Source: Laetmonice hystrix (lineage: Eukaryota). From it: a stretch of DNA of 64,000 nt. The position numbers were made by a program, and so were the translations under genes. The notes under the pieces were generated by a model that worked only from the letters and a program-made list of their open reading frames with translations, was not told the origin of the DNA and ran no database searches. Positions 27,638-38,896 of the stretch are shown here, piece by piece (positions within the stretch are counted from its first letter, which is position 1; every line of letters begins with the position of its first letter). The DNA is taken from the NCBI GenBank assembly GCA_965235115.1, contig OZ249440.1:12090001-12154000 (forward strand). The letters are read 5' to 3'.

Positions 27638-28443
27638 CTGCCACCTGGTGGTAACAGGGTGCACTGTCGACGTGACATAGCGGAATGTTCCGCCAGTCGG
27701 CGTGACTGCACGAAACTGGTTACATTGGATGCCGCCAGGTGGCATGCCCACATATACGGTATCCCAGACCTATTTTTCAAGCTCCACAAATCTTCATAAT
27801 TATGTCGTCCTACTGGAGGTCGTTGTGGAAGCCGTGGGAGGTCCAACACCACTCGAACCTATTTACATGGCCGGTTCCTACTTCTAGGAGTCTACAATCT
27901 TAACTTGGGCAAGTTGGGCCAAGTCAACTCCCCGTCTAGACACAGAGACACACTCCTACTTGGCCATTTGTTGGCTCACACCCGGCCTGGCTGTCTACAA
28001 TATCAAGTTGTATTTTTATCACTTTAGGTCGAATTGAAATGATCTTTGTTTAAATGAATGCATTCCTTTAATATATGCGGCAGATAAACTTGATAGACTT
28101 TGCCTAGTGAGATTAAAGGGGCTATGACTTACCCACATCATGAACCACCTAGTGTTTTTTTTTGTTTTGTTTTTTATTGCTTTATTTACCCTGGCTAGAC
28201 GTCAGCGTTGCCGCTGGTTTTCACAGTCAGCCAGCAAGTTGTACAGCGTCGGAGAGTTTCACAATTACAGAATTCTGTATATTTAACAAACATTTAGAGA
28301 AAACAAGGCCCTCCCTGGGCTCTTAGTCTTTAAAAGTAATATAAACATAGATGGTCAATAATGGTTAATAACTATTATGAAACGGGTGTTGCCTATCTAC
28401 AAGAGCAAATTGATGCATCTTCGTAGTCACTAGAGGGCGCCAC
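27638..28443. promoter_or_regulatory. Cluster of three CTCF-like motifs
   Basis: CCACCAGGTGGCAG (minus, 27638-27651), CCGCCAGGTGGCAT (plus, 27732-27745), TCACTAGAGGGCGC (plus, 28427-28440). Confidence 0.5.
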
Positions 28444-29959
28444 CTAGACTTTATATGGTTAGTTTTGTATCCGTCCGTCCAATCCGAGTTAGCTATTATG
28501 ACATAGAACTGGTATGATACATACTTACAACAACTCACTGTGTCACCTTGAGTCTGAGAGCGCGAACACTTTTAAAAACAACTTCCTTCCCTGATCCAAA
28601 CTCTCCAGTTGGCCAACATAACTTCAACCACCGCCACCTACCTGTCAAGTGAATCATTAACGTGCGCTACTATTCCTCCATCCCTTACCTCTGAGGGTTT
28701 AGATCTCTATCTACAGTTGCCCAGCACTGGTTGATGTGGATGCATTATGCAAGTCTCTGGGCTCCAGCATGATTAGAGCTCACAGTCCTGCGCCATTACC
28801 TTATAACTGGCCCTGGATGCCCTAACAGGGAGGCACGGGGCTGGCACTTTGGGTGCAGTCGCCGACGGAATTAATACAGTTACTGGCGTTGTCATGGTGA
28901 CTAACTACCTGGCTGCTACTGCAAGTTTCATGTCGTCATAATATTACAGTTCAGCTGCTACTTTTTCCCTGCAAGCCGAGGTTTGTGCACGCTAAAGTAG
29001 CAGGTAGGACTCGGCTCAGCCTCGGTATCATTCGGTTCTGTCTACCACAGTATGAGAGGGGTGGGTGGGTGAGGTGGGGGGGTCGGGGTGGGTGGGGAGA
29101 AGTTGAGGGAGGGAGTTGCCCGCGGGAGGGGGGGGGGGGGGTACTTCGTGATGGAGGAGGGCGCTCTAATGAGTACCGATTTCTCTGTTTAACACTTGGT
29201 TACTTAGTTTGCCGAAAAAAAGTTCAGAGCACCTTGTCGGTGCAACCCCCCCGCCCCCCCTCTAAGGCAACTTAATGGTGCACACACACACTCCATAGCA
29301 GCTTAATGGTGCACCCCTCCCTCCACTCCAGAGCACCTGGATCTATTTTCTTTGGTTTTTCTGACTTGGCTAACTAGCTTGCTTCTAGACGACCTTCTCT
29401 CTATACTACTAACTTCAATAAATCGTTCCTTAGCAACAACGGTTTAATAATCACTTCTGTTTATTGGAGCTCACACGTTCATTTTACCGATCTCAGCTTT
29501 AAATCAGGAATCCAACCTCATCTACTTTAACTTTCAGTCATTAAATCTTTGTTCACAGTTAATCCCACGTAATAACCAGGGTACCCGAGTACGGCCTGGC
29601 ACCTTTGGCGGGGCCCTGGCGGCGCCCTGGCCTCCTGGGTCTATCCTTGATGCCGGAATCATGCTGAATGGAGTACGTTTCACAACTTTCATCATTATTA
29701 TAGATGTTGCCATTGTCATCATCATTTTACCTGTGGCCGTGTTTGTTTTTAATCATACTACTACTGTGAAATACTACTCCTCTAGAATTTATTATCAGAA
29801 TTCAACTCCGGAAACTCCGGAGTTATTTATTAACCAATTATCAGGGATTCTTGAAATCTGTGGTCATATCGACCAGCTGCCACGATACGAACTCTCTTAT
29901 CTCAGCTTTGAAAGTGGGACTAAAAGTTCTGTTGAGAAGTTGTCGCAGAAATAAGTGAT

Positions 29960-30130
29960 TCGGCGCACCGCAACCCTCTGACGAAGTCCATGTGGTTGCC
30001 AGGCAACAGATGAAGCTGTTCACCTTCACATAAATTCTTCACTACTATCATTGGTTGTGCACGTCACCTGGCAACGGAGCGGAAGTTGGTGGATTGACGT
30101 GAAAACGGGATGAACTCGGCGAGGTGGGCA
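29960..30130. promoter_or_regulatory. Compact promoter-like element (X-boxes, CCAAT, CRE-like, ETS)
   Basis: GTTGCCAGGCAAC at 29995-30007, ATTGG at ~30050, CACGTCAC, GTCACCTGGCAAC at 30063-30075, GCGGAAGT at ~30079-30086, TGACGTG at ~30095. Confidence 0.55.
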
Positions 30131-31976
30131 GAGTGAAAGGTGTTGGAGTTGGGCCATGTGGTCAAATGACATGAGTGTTGCCCTTGTCAACAGGCCAGCT
30201 GGCTGATGTCAAACAACCGGCCGGTCGGGCCTGACGCCGGGTATCGATCGGTGGCGACCAGTCCGCCACCACCAAGGCCTCTCCCAGCCAGTAGTTACAC
30301 AACCCCCCCCCCCCTCCATAACACACCCAGCACTGCATACTTAATCTCGGCGTCACATGTAAACGGTTTTTTCTTTTTCTTTTCTTAATCTGCGTTGTTT
30401 TCTTTGGATTAATTTCAGATTCCCTTGTTTTCAGGCCGGTTTACCGTGATTAGGTGAAGACTGTGAGAGTGTTCACCTTTCTCAGTGGGAGCTAAAGACT
30501 GGAACCAGACGCGATCAGGAGTCCCACAGGCATGGCTAGTTGACCGAAGTCAGTTGACAGTTGTTACATACATGATGTCTTCCTGGCGTTCGACCTGCAG
30601 CATCCAATCACTTTTAGAGGCTGTTTATCATTATGGTCCCACTATATAATCAGTTAAAGCAACTCGTTTAAATCCATCCTCTGTCCTGATACGGCACTGA
30701 CGTGTGCGAGCTGTTTACGATGATGGTTGCCCTTTCAATGATGGCAGGGGACGGCTACACTACGGTTTAAAATATAAACTCATTTATCATGTGAATCCAC
30801 CCAGCAAAGTAAAGCGCAACCATGTTACCGTAAACAACATTTATATAGTTATTCAAATCAGACCGCTTTCCCATTTCTCATATGTAACATATTCCACCAA
30901 GTGCATGAACCTCTGCCCTCCCCCATTATACAGAGACTTCATAATTAGACAATCATTCAAATAACCCGTACTCTGATCATGGCATATCTCTGCCCACCCA
31001 ACCCCTAGCCGACATCCTTCAACCTGCTGCGGTCACGCATCCAGGCTTGCGTGAGAAACCAAGGTACACGGAGTACTTAATCAAATGGCGCAGACTGTAA
31101 CCGTTATCAGACTGTACACGTCATCGGACGATCGGATTACTGGATTATTATATACCTCCCGGCCCTGCAACCTTCCAGTACCAATCACGGATTTTCTTTA
31201 TGATTACCTGGCCGGATTCTCGGATGATTGGTTGGAGAAGGAAGGACGCATGGTGCCTTCATATAACCTACATCCCACCTGCACCCCACAACCAGCGCCT
31301 ACCTGACTTTGTAAGGCCACGTATAATCCAATAGTCATACACCAGGACATTTGTAGACGCTGGGGGTTTCAATCTGCTGTCTCTCCCCAGACAGTACATC
31401 TAATCCGTCTTTCTATCTTAATCTACATGAGTGTCTATTATATATTCCCGTAACATTAATCATCACTATACATGTATATTATATTACAAATTAGAAAATA
31501 CCGGGGTACTTAAAATACTTAACGCAAAATTCTAGTGCCTATTTAGACAATTTGTGAATGAAAATTGGGGGGGGGGGGGTTGTGAAGAGCGTTGAGTCGG
31601 TACTAGCACGGAAGGGAAAGAAGAAAATAAAAATTCAAGGCGGGATGGCAAATTATCCTAGATTTCATCATATGCTGGCTACAATGACAGTGCTTCGTAG
31701 AGAATGCAGTTGTCATGACAACCATCAGTAATATGGCTTTTTAAAAAAAACCGGCTTTGTTTGAATAAAAGAAGATTTTCAAAACACTGCAACGTGTTCG
31801 TTATACGGCGGTATATTCCTTGTGGGATGATCCCTGCCTCATGGATCCATAGAATAACTGTTAGTCTTACGTCTCTCAGACATTTCTCGACTAGGGTTTC
31901 CCAGATTCTGAATCTGTCTCATATTACAGGATCCCATCATGGTATGTAAAGTCTCATACATTCATCTCACTTCGGA

Positions 31977-32120
31977 AACGATATAAGCTGGTCATAGCAC
32001 ATAGACCGCGTTAGATATACATACTAACGATATAAGCTGGCCATAGCACATAGACCGCGTTAGATATACATACTAACGATATAAGCTGGCCATAGCACAT
32101 AAACCGCGTTAGATATACAT
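31977..32120. repeat. Tandem repeat, 49-bp unit x~3
   Basis: acgatataagctgg(t/c)catagcacata recurs at 31978, 32027 and 32076. Confidence 0.95.
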
Positions 32121-35100
32121 TCTGTACATACACATGTACTAAGTAGTGAAGTTCAAGTACCTGGTGGGCAAAAGCAGCAGTTTGTCAAATGTAGTCGAGA
32201 TATAACGTTTGTTTACCAGGAATATAGAATTCAAATTTTCACATTCATGTATGAATTATATTCATAGATAAATACAGATGCCCCAACGTTTAAGATAGCC
32301 AGTTAGTTTATATCCGCCATCTTCAAGGCAAGAATCCCGTATTTTTACTTATTCGCCCATTTCGTGATGATAAGATAGAACACGAGAGTAATTTCGTTTT
32401 TCAAATGGAGCATTTCCCGTGCAGGAGATACCACTTCTAACTTTACTAACTTAACATTGTCCTTTATGCCACAGACGACAAATGAGATCTTCTTTAAGAG
32501 AATGTACCAAGATGGGGGTGGGTGTCTTGGCTATGTTTTTGTGGTTTTTATCGCAAGAACCAGCGACAGAACAATATCATATTTCTAGGACTCAGGTATA
32601 TATTACAGTCAGTATACCGACTATGTGGTTTATCAGTATGGCAGACAACTTACCCTAATGGAGCCTCGGGCCTAGGACAACTTCGTCACAATCCGCCCCC
32701 TCCTGTCTCCAACCCTGCAGGGTCCTATAACCTGGAGGATTCTCCACGTACCGTTGGGAGGTGAGGAAGCAATCAAAGCCCTCCAGGTGACGGGACCTCA
32801 CCCTGTGGGGTCTGAGAGATGGTCTGGGCCTATCACCTGGTAAGCTCAGTTGTGGTCGCTCTCCCTGGGCAATGAGCTGTGGCTGTACGTTACTCTGGCC
32901 AACTTGTCGGTCGCAGAACTCTCTCCTGCTGGCTGCGTGAAAACCGCTGCCTTGAGACCTCAACCTATCCTCGCCACCAGCAGTTGGCTGTGTCTGCAGG
33001 GAGTGTCTCTCACGTGGTCAATGAAAGTGGTCAGTACTATGAGGAGGTCAGGCGCTGGTTGTGCCATCACCAGCTTGTCTCCTGACCACTCCACAACTCC
33101 CGTGATGGGTCACTTCAGTTCTCTCTATGAAATGAGCGGAGCTGTCACCGCTACTGGAGTACTCCCATCTCAGTTCCCCGCCGATCCTACTTGTTGCTGG
33201 GATTTACTCCCAACAAAGTAGCATTCGACTCGGGTGGATTCTGTACTTTGTGCCCACCTCCCGTCAACTGTTCCGCTTGATCTCCCTGGGACAAACTGCC
33301 CTCCGTGAGGCGGGGTGCTCAGACATGATCACACGTCGGGCATCACCTGGGTGATGTATGGGTATCAAGCGGGGGTAGTGTCACCGCCGGCCGCCTGGTG
33401 GCGCCTCTGGTGGAGCCGCCGCCGCCGCCGCCGCCCGGTGATCACCGACAGCACTTCCCCAGAGGTGAGCTCAATCAGTGTTTGTTCATGTTTGTCGATG
33501 GGGCTGTTTGCCTCCCCACCCGGTACACACACACACGCCAAGCCGGGCGGTACACACACAGCGAGCCGACGGCAGGCCTCACGGTCCGGCCGCTCAGCAG
33601 TCAAGCGCCGCCCCCGGAACCGCAGCCACACTTTGCGTCCAATGGTCTATATCTTTATTTGCGTTCTGCTCTCTGTAAATATCAGCCTTTGTTGAACCTA
33701 ATAGCATCTGCAACTTGTGTTTCCATGGAAACCATTTGGCACCTTTTCTGGGAGGTTTACTAATGGGAGTAAGTAGAAGGGAGGGTGTGTGTGTGGGGGG
33801 CGGGGGGGGGGCTGTTAGGCTGGGACTGTACTTGGAGCTATAGGGTAGAGGGGTGTTGATAGGTTGGGAGTAGACGGGGTAAGTAGCCGGCAATGGGGGT
33901 TGTCAGCCCAGGTATGAACCCCAGCAGGTGTGGATAGTACCTGGGTGTGGGCATTAATTCGGGTTGAGAGTCTGAGCGTGTACTTTTGGGGGAATGAACC
34001 CTACATGACGTGAAGGGGATATATAGGGGGCCTTGGTTTGGTTCCTCGATTGAAGTATAGGTGGTCTGTACCAAAAACAACCGGCTCCGATATAGTAGCA
34101 GGGTCTATACTTTATATAAAGGCGGTGCAGGATGGACCTGAGGTTAGTGGGGGGGGGGGTCCCTTTTTTTTTTTTTTTTTTCTAATTATTAAGGTGTTTT
34201 TGTTATCATTATCGAGAGAAACTCCCTATTCTTTCTGTAATGGCCTCCTTAGCCTCCATCCGTCCATGCGTGGCCCCTCTTTGACCCTCAGCTGGCTGAC
34301 ATGGTAACTCCCTGGCTGCCCCATAAGGCCTTATCTCACCCATAAACGACGCATCCCTGGTGGAAGCCTGTTCCCACGCAACACCCACAATGCTGGCACC
34401 ACCAACCGGTTTCGTTTATGAGCGATAGACTCTGACATTCACACCGCCTCAATCTGCTCGCACTGAAAGCAATCAATACGGCAGCGAGAGCACGCTGGCC
34501 CGCAGCACGTACTTGTGGCCGCCTTGCCTACCCGTGTGCTATTGTCCCACATCCCCAATCACGCCTATGCTACCGTCATATCCCACCAGGGGGAGCACGT
34601 GGTCACATCCACCTAGTGTTTATCATCGGAAGCTGAAATTAGCAAACCACGTCTTGCCCAAAGTGCAGCAATGATTAATATATCAAACTCGCTTTAATCA
34701 ACCGTGCTGTGCAGAGGGGCCGGTCCTTATAACGACCACATTACCGGCAGTCGTAGGTAATAATCTAACGTTCAGTGCTACAATATACGCCGATATACGG
34801 CAACGCTGCTAAGTATCACTATTAGGAGTTTTGGACCAGCTGAATGCCATTTCGCTCAAACACCACTAAATTTTACATGTTACATTTTCTTGATATTGGA
34901 AGCTATTTTTGGTCATCCTTTTGGCTAGCAAAGGTCTAATACCACAGACAGAAGGTTTGTTTGAGTGATAGTCGTCCCCAGTTCCCAATCCTGGCCCAAG
35001 AAACTCGTCTCAATATTTAATGCCTGTCTTGGGCTGAATACCCACTGGACCCCTGCGATGTTTGTTCCTGAAAGGTTTCTTTTATTATTAAGTTATGCAC

Positions 35101-37169
35101 TGGAAAGTACATTTCTATGTATGTGCTTTCCGATCATACTGATCATAAATGCTGGATTCAAACTATTTTCCAGACTGAAGGAATGACTCAAATATTTCAG
35201 AGAATCATTCCTTGAACGATCAAGAATTAAATAGAAAAAAATAACCTTTCACGTAGGCTTCCATTAAAAAAATCATTTATGACATAAAATCAGTGCAAAT
35301 GCGATTCATTAAGAGTGTTTACATGTCTTTCTCAATCCACTCCCAACCGACAAAAACTGTAAACGATGGCATCTTTCGATCATGACATTCATGTACACGG
35401 GAACGTGTGATCCTTTAGAAAACCTCTTTTTATGACCCTGTGTAAGATTAACCATTCCAAGAAATATAAATGTTGGCTGCCTAGAAGCCCCTTTCTTCAT
35501 ACTGTGGCCATCTCTAGTGTAACAATATTCTATGACATCTCATGGCTTCTGATTCACCAAATATTGTTTCTACGCTCCCTACAGGATGAATTGTCTATTG
35601 CCTTACTGACTCCGACTAACAAATATATGAACAGGGCTGTCTCTTACCAGTATCATCTGGTACAACTAGTAATTTGCTCCGAGCCAAATCCCCGTCCCAT
35701 TACACCCCAGCGGCGTTCAATATGCTGGTGTTTCATCTAAACACTGTTGGACATTTTGGAGCTGACCAATTCTTGGTGTGGTATCACAATTCTGCTGTCA
35801 ATTTGGTGCAAGCTGCCGCCGGCTGTGTTCACAAAGAGGCCGATAATTGGGTGCAGGCAGTCGGTGCTGTCAGTCGGCGGTGGCTGCCGGCCTGGTCGTC
35901 ACAACCTTCCGTATTGTTGCAGCTGCCACGGTTAAAAACGCGCCCGACATCTAGGTCGGTACACGGGGGCAAACTGCCGCTCCAAGTTTCCAGGTATTTA
36001 ACCCGACCGCCAGTATAACATGTAGATAGCCGCACCCTCACGAGTCACACCCTCAGGTTTCGACATTCTAACCCATATACAAGATTTATTGGCGTAACTC
36101 GGGAGGATGTACAGCCCAGCATCCTCCACAGCGGATTGCGGCCTTATTCCTTCCCTATTTCATCCCTAGTCTGATTTACAAACTTGTGATCTTCCATCTA
36201 GTTACTGATATCATGATAGGGCACAAAGGCAGCTTGGCGACGGGCTTTCTCCAATAGGGAACCTTCAGTCCCAGCAGCAGCAGCCTTTCATCCACTGGGC
36301 ATGATCATACACCACAGAGGGTATACCATACGTCAGAAAGGTTCCAATTGCAGCTACAGGAGTAGCTCAAACGATCACAGCCTTCTCAGTGTTAGTGACA
36401 CGAACAAAATACTGCCTCCTGCTCAAAGATAAAGTCATGTTCATAGTTCCAACAATATCCATAGCAAAGGTTCCTGCTTTATTTGACATTTTAATTTATA
36501 TGCCAACTCGTGTATGATACCTACACGCAACGACACTTAACGGGAACCTGTCTATGTGACTTCATTACAAAGAGAATACTTGTATCCATTACACTTCAGT
36601 TCTCCCCGTAACGATCTTTTCATCCCAGTGCATCGTTATTTCCTTTTCACTCTCATGTTGTTGTTTTTTTTCAAAATCTCGGCCCATCGGATTAAGGATG
36701 GAATATGAGCATCTTCAGATAACAATACATTCTCAAGTCTGTCCACCACAATTTATAACAGTTTTCCCACATCAGCTCATCATCATCAACATGAAAATCA
36801 GTACCCAAGGCCACTGGACAGTACATGCATCTATACAAATATTACAAATAAATGTGATATATGTGAATTAGGCGTACATTCAACAATCGCTATTATACAG
36901 TATCTATTTAGAGTTTTACGTAACATTATATCAATGTTTTGAAACGTCTTTTACCATAATCTTCTTTCTCCAAAATATTTCATATAAACTTAAGTCTATC
37001 TTTAACATTTTGGTTTGAGTTGATTTCCCTCTGAATGAATCAATCACTTGAGAAGATCCGGTAAAGATGCACATTCACTACGCTCTACGCAGGGCTTTGA
37101 AACTCACTGCTCCTGCACCCCTCTTTCATATACTACTTGCATCCCCTCAAACATGAAAAGGTTACTTAC

Positions 37170-37570
37170 GTCATGGTTGGGTCTCTGTCGAGAGGGCTCG
37201 GCATGGGAGGCTGAGGTCCCATCCTGACCATGGGGTGACCAGGGTGGCCAGGGTGGCCGGGGTGCCCGGGACCTCCCGGCATCTGCGGCGTACCGGGCCC
37301 TGCCGACCCCGGGTGCTGTGGCCCGCCGCCGGGGTGCTGCTGGGGCCCTCCAGGATGCTGCGGTTGGGGCTGAGGTCCTCCGGGCATCTGGGGCACTCCG
37401 CCTGGGTGCGGCTGGGACTGTGGGGGGCCTCCAGGAAGCTGGCCCCCAGGGTGCCCCGGCGGGAACCCCAGTGGGGTCCCGGGGGGTGGGTTCGGGGTGC
37501 CCGGGTGCGGGGAACCCAGCCCGCCCGGACAGAGACTCGGGGAGGCCAGCCTGACGTTTGTTGTCGCCAA
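37170..37570 (-). CDS. LDB1/2: LDB long-isoform Pro/Gly/Gln/His-rich N-terminal exon ending ...PMPSPLDRDPTM-T; 5' boundary uncertain
   Basis: FPPGHPG and LDRD motifs resemble LDB1 (FPPFHPGTMLDRDVG). Perfect donor GTAAGT at 37169-37164 (phase 2) fits the acceptor at 20448-20447 (AC+G = Thr, then RHTPY). Candidate acceptors at 37604-37603, 37572-37571 and 37552-37551; first in-frame ATG at 37387. Confidence 0.72.
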
Positions 37571-38230
37571 CTACAGCCAAGTCCCAGGAGCACCTTCAGT
37601 GCCTACAACACACAACATTCAATTCATCAATATCAAACTACACAATGGTCCCCACAACATGTCAACAGTATCAGGGATCTTGACTGTAGCTTGCTGTCAA
37701 CATCTCTGATAGTATGCGATCAAAATTAACCTTTTATCAACCCTCCAACATCCAGGCCCTGCTCTCGTTTTAACAAGGACACTTTAAAGACCTGATTTTT
37801 GCAGCATCAACAGTGCAAAGTAAAAAGAGGTTCTGCCCACCTTATTAACTGAGCAGATGTGATGACAAATATAGACCCTACTGGCAAGTTGGACACATCA
37901 TATACTACTATTTGAAGAGATCCTTTATTATGGGGCAGTTACAATGTTTATTATGGGGCAGTTACTGGACTTCGACTCGATCCTCGGTACTCAATGAAAT
38001 CACACAATGATCTCGTTTCCGAAGCCTTCTCAATTATCTGAGGCGCTCGTGGCCGATGATCAGACCAGCTCACTCATCAGGCCTGAAACGACATACTCGA
38101 CTTTTCACCACACGACAAGCTAATATGATGCGGTTTGTTGACATACCCCGCTACAACGGGGATCGCTTGAGCGAATATAATATGGCGAGTCAACATCCTC
38201 GGCCAAAATACCACGTTAGATGATGTGCCT

Positions 38231-38896
38231 ACCCAGTTACAATACCACGTTAGCTAACCCTGCTGTGTGAACTTTACCAGTTACAATACCACGTTAGCTA
38301 ACCCTGCTGTGTGAACTTTACCAGTTACAATACCACGTTAGCTAACCCTGCTGTGTGAACTTTACCAGTTAAAATACCACGTTAGCTAACCCTGCTGTGT
38401 GAGCTTTACCAGTTACAATACCATGTTCGCTGACCCTGCTGTGTGAACTTTACCAGTTACAATACGATGTTAGCTGACCCTGCTGTGTGAACTTTACCAG
38501 TTACAATACCATGTCAGCTAACCCTGCTGTGTGAGTTTTACCAGTTACAATCCGATGTTAGCTAACCCTGCTGCGTGAACTTTACCAGTTACAATACCAT
38601 GGTAGCTAACCCTGCTGTGTGAACTTTACCAGCTACAATACTATGTTAGCTATCCCTGCTGTGTGAACTTTACAAGTTACAATACCACCCTGCTGTGTGA
38701 ACTTTACCATCGACAATACCTGAATTACCATCTACAATACCTGAATTACCACGTTAGCTAAATTAATGTGCCGAGTGAACATACTCGGGTAGAATACCAG
38801 GTTAGCTAAATGTGCCAAGTGAACATACCCAGCTACAATACCATGTTAGCTAAATTAATGTGCCCTGTGAACATACCCAGTTACAATACCACGTTC
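38231..38896. repeat. Minisatellite, 44-bp unit x~11 plus degenerate copies
   Basis: taccacgttagctaaccctgctgtgtgaactttaccagttacaa recurs every 44 bp from 38243 and decays toward 38900. Confidence 0.96.

Noticed and set aside
37104-37729. Multiple overlapping ORFs in other frames and on the + strand across the Pro/Gly exon
   Set aside because: They are expected from very high GC content with few stop codons. Only the frame ending LDRDPTM has LDB similarity and a phase-compatible donor.
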